This document shows, piece by piece, positions 13,682 to 26,295 of a DNA stretch of 64,000 nt. A model generated the notes under the pieces. That model saw nothing but the letters and a program-made list of their open reading frames with translations, made no database searches and was not told where the DNA came from. The DNA comes from Chrysomallon squamiferum (Eukaryota > Animalia > Mollusca): contig CM022676.1 in NCBI GenBank assembly GCA_012295275.1, positions 18,414,001 to 18,478,000 of the forward strand, written 5' to 3'. Within the stretch, counting starts at the first letter, position 1. Each line of letters begins with the position of its first letter. The translations under genes and the position numbers were made by a program.

Positions 13682-14337
13682 TCATTCATACATATATAAA
13701 TATGTAAAGAGGTAAATGAGAACTGTTTGGAAGACAGTCGGTGCGGGGGTACGAACTTGGTACTTAGTAGTTTCGGTGTGGATGCTTAGCCAGTTCTCAG
13801 CACGTGTTATTAGGTGTTACACGTTCTTAGTGTATCAACCACGCTGTTGATGCTGGCGCTGTTGTTGTTGTTGTTGTTGTTGTGATTGGTGTCATAATAC
13901 TTGATAAAAAAAAAATCAATTTCAAATTGTAGCCTCTACGAAGATAAAGTTGTCGCTGTTCTGGAAACCGAACAAGAAGTCGTTCGTGTCGGGGGAGAGG
14001 GTGACGTTCACGTGCCGGGCGGGCGTCGGCAAACCCCCGGGGACGCTGTGGTGGTTCATCGTCTCGGAGAAAGGACGGCTGAACGTGACGGAAAAGGCCG
14101 ACGAGAGTTCGCCGTTTTACGCCGGAGACAAGACGTGCTCGCTGATGATGAACAGCACGTTGACGGTGCGCGCTGACATGCCCGTCGAAATCGTCGTGGA
14201 GTGTCGCGTGTACATCCCGCACCAGCTGAAGAACATGAACGTCTGCTCCTCCGAGACGTTCTGCATGAAGAGCGACCACCTAAAGGTTTTAAGTTAGTCG
14301 TCACTTTTCTACATTCTCATGTAGCAACAGCAGCAGC

Positions 14338-14391
<54 letters not shown>

Positions 14392-16483
14392 CGTCGTAGT
14401 GGTAGTAGTAGTAGTAGTAGTCGTCGTAGTGGTAGTAGTGGTAGTGGTAGTAGTAGTAGTGGTAGTGGTAGTGGTAGTGGTAGTAGTAGTGGGTGTAGTA
14501 GTAGTAGTAGTAGTGGTAGTGGTAGTGGTAGTAGTAGTGGTAGTGGTAGTGGTAGTAGTAGTGATAGTAGTAGTGGTAGTAGTGATAGTGGTAGTAGTAG
14601 TGGTGGTAGTGGTAGTGGTAGTGGTAGTAGTGGTAGTAGTAGTAGTAGTAGTAGTGGTAGTGTGGTAGTGGTAGTCGTTGTGGTAAGTAGTAGTGGTCAG
14701 CAGAGTGGTAAACGTGGTTTTGGTAGTGGTAGTAGTAGTAGTGGTAGTGGTAGTAGTGGTAGTGGTAATAGTAGTAGTGGTAGTAGTAGTAGTAGAAGTA
14801 GTTGTCGTTGTGGTAATAGTATCAGCAGAGGTAAAGTTTTCGTAGTTGCTGTAATAGTAACAGTACTAACATGAACAACGATGAAGTAATAACACAACCA
14901 AGGTATGTAGCTGCTGTACCAAAACTAATATATGTTCAAGAGGTAGTAGTAACTGTATCGGTTGAGGACCAAACCCCAACTGAAAAATAGAAGTGACTGG
15001 TTTTTCTCTCTGTTTGGCTACAGATATATTCCTCTATACAGCCAAAGCTGTTGGTCATTTCATATCTTCATGCTTTCAGTTAAAAAAAAAAAAAAAAAAG
15101 GTTTCATTTTAAAAATCTCAGGTGCAGATGTTGGATGTTAAATATTAAACGTGTTCATTCGTGTGCCCGTGGCGATAAACCGGAATACTGTGTACCGGGG
15201 GCTTCACAAACAAGTTACGAATGTAGCTGTCGGCAGATTTCACGTGTTTTCCAAGCTACTAGTTCACTCAACCTTCAAATGAATTCACACATTTATACCT
15301 CGTCCAGAATAATCATTTCACGAAGCTTTTCAGACTACTACTAGTACCACCAATATTAATACCACTACTGTTATTACTTATACTAATAGTTACTACTACT
15401 ACTACCACCAGTATTAATACCACTAGTTATTACTGATACTAATATCTGTTACTACTATTGCCATAACTAATTATCTTACTAGTGGTGCTTCTACATTACT
15501 CAACTGCTACAACAACTACTGCTACTACAACAATAACAACAACTACTGCTATTACTACTACTGTCGCTACTACTTTTACTTTTAGTATTACTGCTGCTCT
15601 CAGCACCACTACTACCACCACTGCTGCTACTACTACAACTATTTCAGTTATTGCTGTTTCAGCTCTTAACGTCTGATATGCTCACCACTGACTGTCACTA
15701 CAATTACTTCTACTACTTTACTTTAGATACAACAATTGTGACGACAAAGACCGATTCTTCTAGAACACTGCTCATTGCCTGTGCAGCCTTTGCAGTCGTA
15801 CTAGTCTTTTCAATGTACATGTTTCATTGTCTGAAGCGTAGAGGAAAAGGTATCAGTTTTATCAGTTGTATCATTGTTCATAACTAAACAAATTAAAATA
15901 CTTTTTTTTTTTTTTTGGAATCATACATACGCGCACACATTTACCAATCCATTTCTTCGTTCTTTGCCGTTGTCATCGATGTCGTTGTGGTTAACCTAAA
16001 CCTTTTTGTTTCAGCAGCAGTTCATTCTGTAATTAAATCCATCCATTCATTTTCTAATTCATTCATTTACCAACTTCATTATCTAAATTATTATTTCATT
16101 TACTGATTTCATTATCTAAGTTATTAAATTCATTATCTAAGTTATTAAATTCGTTATCTGACTGATTAATTCATTAATCTGTTACCTAATTCATTCATTC
16201 ATTCATTCATTCATATTAACGTGCACGTTAATTAGTGACATTATTTATTTACTGAGACGCCTATATGGACAAGGAATCAGACGACATGGACCAAAGCGAC
16301 ATCTCGGCGTTTTCCTTCAACGAACTGCGCAGAATGTCTGCGGCAGCGAGGAGGAACTCACGACGTCCGTCGGTGCGGTCGCACTCGCTGACGGACTACA
16401 ACAGACGACTGTCAACAGCGTCGCGACATCCGAGCATGTCGCCTCGTCGTCTGAGTACACGATCGCATCACAGTCGACGCTGA
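11184..16483 (+). CDS. Two-Ig-domain type I membrane receptor B (~372 aa, Arg/Ser-rich tail); paralog of A
   Basis: Exons: 11184-11238 (MRPCRVVLWFFVCIFLSR); 12586-12939 (Ig1: IHCDF...IVCSLEGMYLC); 13933-14292 (Ig2: FTCRAGVGKPPGTLWW...VECRVY); 15727-15849 (TM LLIACAAFAVVLVFSMYMF + KRRGK); 16257-16483 (tail; weak GAG acceptor). All phase 1, 1119 nt in frame. Confidence 0.78.
13725..13803 (-). mobile_element. Possible decayed tRNA-derived SINE head
   Basis: Minus strand reads gaactggctaagcatcc...aagttcgtaccccc, with A-box-like and B-box-like motifs at tRNA-like spacing. No intact cloverleaf. Confidence 0.3.
14335..14820. repeat. (GTA/GTG)n trinucleotide microsatellite
   Basis: About 480 bp of gtagta/gtggta; this produces the poly-Val ORF. 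Confidence 0.95.
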
Positions 16484-16877
16484 TCGACGCGGTCACAACG
16501 TCTGTAACGCTTTCGACGGTAACATTCCTGAAAAAAAAAACCTGTGAGGGATTTCGGAGAACGGACTTGTACAGTTTTCTAAAACGTTGCTTCTGTTGAG
16601 AAACGTCAACAGTGACTGTTTGGACAAACATGAAAAGTTAATAAGAATAATAAATATTAAAAAAAAAAAAAAAAATGAAATAAAATAAAAAAAAAAATAA
16701 AAAAAGTGAAACATATAAACAAAAAAAACACCAATATATACATATACACTACATACGTATACATCCCATAATCTAGATATGTCACAGATAAATGAATGTG
16801 TATGTGTAACTGTAAGTGTTTTCCACATTATAAATACCTAACTATATTTTAGCGAATGGATTATCTATTGTATATGC

Positions 16878-16936
<59 letters not shown>

Positions 16937-17731
16937 GAGGGAGGGAGGGTATGTTAATGAAGAAAATACATCCAAAACCCTAATGGACAACTCATCCTGT
17001 TATTGCAAAAGCTGTGAAAAACCCAAATGATTTTATCAAAATTTAGATGTAAACTGTAAGATTTATTCAGTGTATACCTACATACATATTCCTTTACACA
17101 TATGTAATAAATTTACAAACAGTTAAAGGTTTTGATTGTTTCATAGCTTCCCGTTTTTGTGTTTAAAAAAAACCTATTAAAATCTTACTTGTTAAAAATC
17201 TCATGTGCAGATGCTGGGTGTTAAACTTGTACATTGATGTTTGAACATCACAGACTAAAGGTAACAGAATGCACTGGCCTAATAGACAATGTAAGAGTGA
17301 GTTGTAACGTTGAGTCACAAGGAAATGGAGTCCAAACTTTCTTTAAGTGGCAGTTATCAGGGAGGGTGGGTTGTCTTTAATGTTTGTTTTTTTTTTTTTT
17401 TGTAATTTGGTTCAGAGGCATATTGTAAGTCATATTGGTATTATTTAAACACAGATTAAAAAAAATAATATTAAAAAATAAATAAATTTATAATAAAAAA
17501 CAAAAACAAAAAATAAGTAAATAAACAAATAATATATAAAAAAAATAAAGAATTGGGAGTTTTTAATCTTTGCACCAAGTTACAGCATCCAGGAGCTGCA
17601 GTTATTTACTTTTTAAACTGTTTTCATTTCTTTCTTTTCTTTTTTAATATTCATGATTATTTCATCTGGAAACTGCTCATGAAATGAATTATCTTGAAGT
17701 AAGAAAAAATGCAAAACATTTAATAATCATA

Positions 17732-17812
<81 letters not shown>

Positions 17813-18411
17813 ATTAAACAACAACAGATAGTTATAAAATAAATATACTTTATTTATACATTTTACCGGTAATAGAAGAAATTCCATGATACATGATTCT
17901 AAAAACTGAAAACAGCTTTTATGCTGTAACATATTTATTATAACACTGAGCTAAGAAAGTACATCAGAAAAATAGTTTAATACTGTTTCATCCTCTTTAT
18001 GTTTAAAATATGTTTAATTAATACATTTATTTGGATTAAAAAAAGTTCAAAATTAAAAATTACCTAAGATAAATACTTAAAACAGCATATAAAATGTTTC
18101 ATGTTTTAAAAGTGTATCTAAAGCATTTTAATCAGCAGTTAGAAAAATAACGTCATAATATCACATATATTTATAAAAAGAAGTATTTTATATATCTATA
18201 AAGTACTCCATGTAAATGTGTTGAACAAACACTAGCCAAAGATTCTGACCTGCATTATGAAGTAACATTGTTTTAGAAAGTACACAATAAACAACAACAA
18301 AACTAACAATAAACAACTGGGTAGAGGACATGCAAGCTTTTCAAACATTTCTGTTATTTTTTTTTTTTTTTTTCTATGATTTATCTTTCATTCATTAAGA
18401 AAAATCTACCG

Positions 18412-18466
<55 letters not shown>

Positions 18467-18953
18467 GTATGTATAGTTGTATGTGTAAATATTATCAAGC
18501 TATTTACTGCTATAGACAGTCAACATGTGTGTGTGTGTGTGTGTGTGTTTGGAATATTAAACTGGTAGTAACAAATCATTTAAGATTTTCTTTTCTAACA
18601 CACATTAAAATAAAATCCATTTATAACAGGATCCACAACACTTGAAATTAAAAGTCTAGTTTTATCACTTGTTAGATTTCAAACATGAAACAGGTATTTG
18701 AAAAATGTGAAACAAGTACATGAGATGTATAAAAGAAAAAAATACTTGAAAACTTGTAACAAACATTTCAAACACACAAAACAAGTATTCGAAACAGATA
18801 TCTGAAACATATCAAAACAATAAAAACATTTGAAAACATTGTAACAGACATTTAAAAAAAAAAAAAAACACAAACACTGTTTTTAAAACAAACAAAACAA
18901 GTATTTGAAACACACAAGCCACACAATCAGTTCACTTTATTCTCCTCATTCGC

Positions 18954-20069
18954 TTATTTTGTTTTGGATTTGCTTTCATGGTCTATCGCCTGCTCCAGAG
19001 GTCCACACCCTTCGAAAGCACTTGGGTATTTGAAACTGCCTCCAACTCGGTCCCACAGCGTGAAGAACTGGCCGTAGTTGTAGTTGTAGAACAAGTGGTG
19101 GTCGGTGTGGTGGGCGCAGCCATTGACGAACGGTTTGAGCAGCAGCGGGACGCGGTAGTCGCCGTCGTGTATGGACACCGTCCAGACGTTGACGACGAGG
19201 AAGAGCGTCAGGTAGGTGAGTTTGTGCAGAGGGAAGAGAAAGGGGTACACGTGGTAGGGCAGACTCTGCAGGAAGCCGTCGATCGGGTGGAAGGCGTGGC
19301 TGGCAAAGGGTGTGGGCACCTTCCACGTGTGGTGGATCTTGTGCAAGTATTTGTAGATGTACTTGAGATGCAGGAATCGGTGGATCCAGTAGATGAACAT
19401 GTCGGTGAAGAGAATGAATGAAATCATGCTGCCAGTTATTCCATACCAGCCTGCAAAATAACATGTCACAAATGTATACCAGTTTGTAAAATAAAATCTC
19501 ACAAATATATACCAGTTTGTAAAATAGCATAAGTATGTCACAAATATAGGATAGTTTGTAAAATAACATAAAAACGTGAAATATACCAGTTTGTTAAATA
19601 AAACAGTTTATCTCAAAATATATTATATCAGCTTGTAAAAAAACATAACTATGCAACAAATGTATTATACCAGCATGTAAAAAACATAAATATGTCATAA
19701 ATGTATTACAGCAGCCTATAAAATAACAAATATATGACACATACATTACAGCAGCCTATAAAATAACAAATCTATCACACATACATTACAGCAGCCTATA
19801 AAATAACAAATCTATCACACATACATTACAGCAGCCTATAAAATAACAAATCTATCACACATACATTACAGCAGCCTATAAAATAACAAATCTATCACAC
19901 ACACATTACAGCAGCCTATAAAATAACAAATGTATAACACATACATTACAGCAGCCTATAATTAACATAATCATGGATGCATTTTACTACCTGAAAATAT
20001 ATTACAGCATTTCTAGAAATGACAAATATTCCATAGATAATTACATTCTATGTAAAAATTACAGATAGA

Positions 20070-20123
<54 letters not shown>

Positions 20124-22119
20124 TACATACACCTGTACTATAACAAACATTTTATTAATGCACTGTAATATAAATTATACAAATAACACAATTCAAAACT
20201 GCGTATACAGATATAAGTGAGAAAGAAAGAAGAAAGAATAAAGAAAACAGAACAACACACTACTGCACACATTAACCATTACATAAGCAAACTGCTGTGT
20301 GAATGTGTTTATAAGGGCTAGTACACAGGAGTGTTGGAATGTTTTAAAAACAGGTCAATTATCAGTTCTGCAATTTTGTCCAGGTCATCTGGAAAGTTTC
20401 CAGTTATAGTGAAATGATGCCAAATACATGATAAATATGACATGACGAAACATAACTGACTGAATACATGCAAAACTCGAATATGCAAGTGGTTATTGAT
20501 ATCGTTCATCAAAATAAAAATGTGTAAAATCTTAAAATCAAAGTTTTCTGAAACCTCTATCCATACATGAAGAAATCTTAATGATAAGAAAAAAAAAAAA
20601 AAAATAAAAAATCTTTAGAAAAACAAGAAGAAAAAATTTCACACAACTTTTGAAAGATACTAGTCTATGTAAGGAACAGTTAAACCCATCTCTCTATATT
20701 GTAACACACCACTCCAGCATGTAAAATAACTATAATATCAGAAATACTTTATATCAGCCTACAAAATAACATAAATAATATAGCAGATATTATACCAGTC
20801 TGTAAAATAACACAAATAATATATCAGATATATTATACCAGTCTGTAAAATAACATAAATAATGTATCAGATATTATACCAGTCTGTAAAATAACATAAA
20901 TAATATAGCAGATATTATACCAGCCTATAAAATAACTTAAATAATATAGTAGATATTATACCAGCCTACAAAATAACATAAATAATATAGTAGATATTAT
21001 ACCAGTCTGAAAAATAACATAAATAATATATCAGATATATTATACCAACCTACAAAATAACATAAATAATATATCAAATGCATTATACCAGCCTGTAAAA
21101 TAATATATATTTATTCCTTCTTTTCACTGTGATTAATTTTGTAAAAGCTGTGTTGTAGTACAAGTTGAAGAGCAGAGATGATTTTCAAAGATTCTGTTTT
21201 TCACTGTGTGAATGGTGTAGTGCAAATTAATGATTTCACCGGCTTTGACCCTCAAGTCAATGTAAATGTATTTTGCTTAGTTATGTCATCTGCAACCACA
21301 GCATGATACATGATTAAATAAGCTTTGTCAGAGACAATCTTGCTTCAGAGTTGTGTGCGAATAGACATAAACAACAACAACAACAAAAAATATATTAAAG
21401 AATTCATAACTTTGAAAGCACTGACTGACAACATTGAATATTATATCCTTGAAATCAGCATAAACAGATGTATATTTACAGTTAGGATTAAACCATTTAT
21501 TTCTCCTAAAAAACAAAACAACAACAAACACACCAAAATAACCCCACTGTTAGTTATATTATACCAGCTTGTAACAGAATATATATCACAGGTGTATTAT
21601 GTTTGATTCTGCTACTACTATGGAGCAACCAGTGAATACAGTATGTCAGCAATGGCAGACTGGTAGAATGAAGCAGTATCTGACCAGTGACAACACACAA
21701 ACACTGGTGTGCTGAATGAACTTCACAATTGGACTATCGAAATGGACTACTAGACCGTCTGCCTAACACCTAACTCAACAAACTGCAAATAGTCCAGAAA
21801 AACAGCAGCACACAAGACAACACTTCACTGTCACACATCATCAGAACTCAAGGAGCTACACCGGTTGGATAAACTACAAGCTCCTGATCTGTACATACAA
21901 TGACTTGAACAACTGTTCCCCAGAATACATCAAGGACATGCTGGAACTCTTCAGGTCAAGTGTGACTCAACAATCACAGACCTCAGTAAGATTAATAACA
22001 CCAAGAATAGGAACAACTACATATAACCTTAGATCTTTCTCTGGGCTAGATAATACGTGCACTACTACTATTACTACTACTACTGCTACTACTACTACTA
22101 CTACAATTACTACTACAAC

Positions 22120-22153
<34 letters not shown>

Positions 22154-23207
22154 CATATAGCTGCTTTTAAAACTATATCCAGATATATTATACCGGCCTT
22201 TAAAATAAATAAATATATCACAAATATATTGTACCAGCATGTAAAATAAAAATGTATCACACATATACTGTACCAGCAGGTAAAATAAGAAATATATCAG
22301 ATATATTGTACCAGCATATAAAAAAACAAATATATCAGATATATTGTACCAGCATGTAAAAAACCAAATATATCAGATATATTGTACCAGCATGTAAAAT
22401 AAGAAATACATCACAGACATACTGTACTAGCATCTAAAATAAGAAATACATCAGATATATTGTACCAGGGTATAAAATAAGAAATACATCACAGATATAC
22501 TGTACTAACATCTAAGATAAGAAATATATCAGATATATTGTACCAGCAGGTATTGTACCAGGGTATAAGATAAGAAATACATCACAGACATATTGTATCA
22601 GCATATAAAATAAGAAATACATCACAGATATACTGTACTAGCATCTAAAATAAGAAATATATCAGATATATTGTACCAGCAGGTATTGTACCAGGGTATA
22701 AAATAAGAAATACATCACAGACATACTGTACTAAGATCTAAGATAAGAAATACATCACAGGCATACTGTACTAACATCTAAGATAAGAAATATATCAGAT
22801 ATATTGTACCAGCAGGTATTGTACCAGGGTATAAAATAAGAAATACATCACAGATATACTGTACTAGCATCTAAAATAAGAAATATATCAGATATATTGT
22901 ACCAGCAGGTATTGTACCAGGGTATAAAATAAGAAATACATCACAGACATACTGTACTAAGATCTAAGATAAGAAATACATCACAGACATACTGTAATAA
23001 CATCTAAGATAAGAAATACTTCATAAACTACTCACCAAATTTGTTGTCTGAGACGTTGTCATACAACTTTCCGTAACCTCTGACCTCGGCGAAGAAAGGC
23101 AGCACTGTGAGGATGCTCATCCAGGGCACAGACTGACAGGCACAGCTGATTTCACGCTTCATCTGATTCTGAAACAAAGAGTTTTCAGTGTGGACAGTCC
23201 ACCAGTC

Positions 23208-23249
<42 letters not shown>

Positions 23250-23839
23250 GCACGGTTTCCACACACAACATGCTGATGAATGTTCATTTAGAAATGTATA
23301 GGTTTCTAGAATCTATAGGTTATGTACGTTTCTATAATGTGTGTTTGCTTTTTGACAGACCAAACTAATTCAAGCTCATTTTTCCTTTATTCTTGTGAAT
23401 GCAGACAAAGCAACTGCCAACTAGATGGTCTTGTAGTAATTATACATTATCATACACTTATCTGTAAACGATTCAACTTTATAATGAAACATTTTCAATC
23501 ATAATTTCTTTTTTTTTAATATATATATTTTTTTATATAATTTTTTTTTTTATTGTATTAATACTGTATGAGCTGTTACTCATGAAAAAAAACACAAAAA
23601 AAAACAAGCTGTTGTCATGGCAACCATACCTTCAACATAAGTGGGTGTTTGAGCAGGCGATGGTCGAAGATGAAGAAAAAGGAGAGAGTGGCTGTCACAA
23701 GATACATGAAGTATCCCCCGAGAGTGGAGATCACAAAGAGGCTGGCAAACTGTCTGTAGGGGTCGTCTGGTCTCCATGATGACGGGTACACATAGGGAGT
23801 GAAGAAGTAGTCGTCACAGTAGTCGAGAACGATGTCCAT
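18954..23839 (-). CDS. SC5D: Sterol C5-desaturase (lathosterol oxidase, ERG3/SC5D family), 279 aa
   Basis: Exons: 23839-23630 ([22 protein letters not shown]...HPLMLK); 23168-23036 (NQMKREI...[10 protein letters not shown]); 19450-18954 ([14 protein letters not shown]...[24 protein letters not shown]...WTVSIHD...[26 protein letters not shown]). Three His boxes are present; 840 nt in frame. Confidence 0.96.
19451..19965 (-). repeat. ~40-bp minisatellite derived from the SC5D last-exon splice acceptor (cluster 1)
   Basis: Plus-strand unit (a)ccagc(c)tgtaaaataaca matches the real junction ataccagc|ctgcaaaataaca. Seven near-perfect 40-bp copies lie at 19705-19960. Confidence 0.9.
20710..21105 (-). 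repeat. Acceptor-derived minisatellite, cluster 2 (~10 copies)
   Basis: Unit tattataccag(c/t)ct(g/a)(t/c)aaaataacataaataat; minus strand reads tgttatttt(a/g)(c/t)ag|(g/a)ctggtat. Confidence 0.9.
21718..22045 (+). mobile_element. Decayed L2/CR1-group LINE ORF2 3' fragment
   Basis: Translates with stops and frameshifts to [26 protein letters not shown]...ELKELH...[25 protein letters not shown]...LITPR...RSFS. This matches the typical L2 C-terminal pattern (LDYxNxLLxGLP...LQxVQNxAAR...LHWLP...PxYLxxLL...RSFS). Confidence 0.75.
22185..23020 (-). repeat. Acceptor-derived minisatellite, cluster 3 (~20 copies, more diverged, higher-order structure)
   Basis: Unit atattgtaccagcat(g/a)taaaataagaaata(c/t)atcac(ag); it abuts the donor of the preceding exon at 23035. 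Confidence 0.88.
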
Positions 23840-24669
23840 TCTGCCGATTCTGAAAGATTAGTTGAACAACAATTTTTTTTAAATGAGTTACCAATGTCTG
23901 TCGCTACTGTGTGAGTTATTAGCAATATTTCTTCTAACAGTCTTTTAATACTGTTATTTTAAAATAAAACAGATGTAAAACATACATGATTGCATGAAAT
24001 AGGCAGTGATATAGGTTAGAACACTTTATGAATGCCATAAATTTATTGACGGCAAAATAAAACACATTTAAAAATTAAAAAGTATAGCTATATATATTTC
24101 TGCATATATATATATATATATATATATAATATCACCACTTCTTCAAAATGACACATAGTTTTTTTATTGCAGGTTTATGTCAGATGGAGGATTTTTTTCT
24201 GTTTGTATTATGAATAAAAAGCGAGCAGTTTTGTTTAATATGAGAGAATTTTAATTTCTTTTAAATGTTTTATCTAAGTAAATGTTTGGTGAATGGGGTT
24301 CTGCCCAGTCAGGGTGTGTCCAGTTATTGATACTATTACTGATCTGTTGTTAAGAAAAGTATTTAAGTATGAAGAAAAAAATAAAATAAAAGTAAATAAA
24401 ATAAAAATTATATATATATATATAAAAATAAAATTAATTCTAATAATAATATAAAAAGGAATAAAACAAAAACTGCAAAAATAAGAAATAAAAGCTAATT
24501 ACAATAATAAAGCAAACAAATGACATATTGTGCTGAACCTTGTTTTGGCATTTAAATTTTATTTTATTTTATAGTGTTTATAAGTGATGTTTGTACTGAA
24601 ACTGCCAGATTTGTGCTTGCAGTCTAAATCCAAGACTGTCACCAATGAATCTGTTTTTCTTATTCTTCA

Positions 24670-26295
24670 CAACTAGATCAGACAGACACATGAATCAAAG
24701 TTCATTTTATACACTTTCAGGCATAAAGAACCTACTTATAGAAGTTTTGTCTTCCCCAATAAAACAAAAAGTAATCAAGATGGCAACTATAAAAGGATGA
24801 AGATGTTGTTTTAATTCAAGTTAAAGTCCTGTATCTGTTATCAAGTTAGGCTAATATCTAACAGTTAAATAATAAATAGTAACTCTTGAAGTGTGTTGTA
24901 TTTGTTGCTGTTTCACTTACTCTAAACATGTTCATATCAATGACTGTTGCCACTGAATCAGAGATAATATACTAGGATTACTAGATAAGACAGAAACATA
25001 AATTAAAGGATGTTTTATATGTTTTCAGGCATAAGGAATCAAACGCGTCTATGATTTTCCCCAATAAAATGCAAAAGATATGGATGGCAACCCCATATTT
25101 TATTCACTGCAGAAAATGCATGTTCTCAAGAAGAATGAACTAAACCGTTATTGCATTTTATAACTCTAAGTTTAGCAGTGGAGGTGACATCAACAGAATA
25201 CATGGACACTACACATAAAGAGACAAGTCCAGTGCCTCAGATGCTCGTCTAGGTGATGCAGGTGTTTATGACAGGGATTAATAAATTCAAATTTAGACAG
25301 TAAGTAATTACATGATGATACAACACCATCCTCTCTGCTAGATAAATAATACAACAACAAACTGAACAGCTTGATTTACTGGTTCATTATTTCAAAATAT
25401 ATTTGTACATTCAGTATGTTAAATTCAATATCTTTCACTCCAACAAAAACAAAATAAACTTTAAGAAAACTAAATTATTGGGAAAACTATTTAAGATGAC
25501 AACTAATGAGCTTTCAAGTTGTGACACTGCTGTTTTGGCTTTGGAACAACCACTGTCCTGAGAGTTGTAAGAACTGGAGTTAATCTGTCACTTCTGGGAC
25601 AAACCAATGCATCCACACTAATGATGACAAAATGGGGCAGTGCCATTCATGACTGCACACAGTGGACAGAGGAAGAGTTGTGTGACTCACTACTTTGTGA
25701 AATGATGTACATCAACACCACGATTATGCCACCAGTCAGCGAACACTGGAGGAAAATGTGAAACATATGCATCATTAAACATCCTCACTATGTGTCATGA
25801 GAGAACAGAACTTGTTGTTGAGAAACATGTACCTACAACAACCCTAGACACAGTCAGTTTTGCACCAGATGCTGTCCTGTAACTAACAAAATGTGGATAC
25901 AGACAAATCTGCTGTACTACAAATACTTTGTGATTTGTCACTGACTGTCAGTTTGACAATCCAGTATCAAATTCTTCCAAATAGATCTTATGTACATCTG
26001 CATACGTACATGTTTAAAGTGATTGAACCAGCAATAAATATAATATCATTTAATAATTAATTATTTCTAATTTACCTGTTAGTTGTTAGCCTATACCTAA
26101 CATGATAGCAAATATAGTGTACTAAAAGCCAAACAGGGCTTTAATTTGACTTAAAACAGAAACATCTTGATCATTTTATAGTTGCCATCTCTATTGCTTT
26201 GTGTTTTATTGGCAAAATCATGGCTGCCTTAGATTCGTTATAATCTGAAAACATAAAAAACAACTTTTTGTTCATGTTTCTATCTAATCTGGTTA
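24670..26295. repeat. Dispersed ~130-200 bp element in three copies: direct at ~24670-24870 and ~24980-25092, inverted at ~26070-26295
   Basis: tttcaggcataa...ttccccaataaaac...gatggcaactataaaa(g/t)gat occurs twice on +. Its reverse complement (aacatcttgatcattttatagttgccatc...ttttattggcaaaa) starts at ~26160. Confidence 0.7.

Noticed and set aside
14201-14897. Poly-Val/poly-Ser ORFs
   Set aside because: Translation of a (GTA)n microsatellite.
18976-19569. Overlapping 197-aa and 147-aa ORFs at SC5D
   Set aside because: Alternative-frame and antisense shadows of a GC-rich exon.
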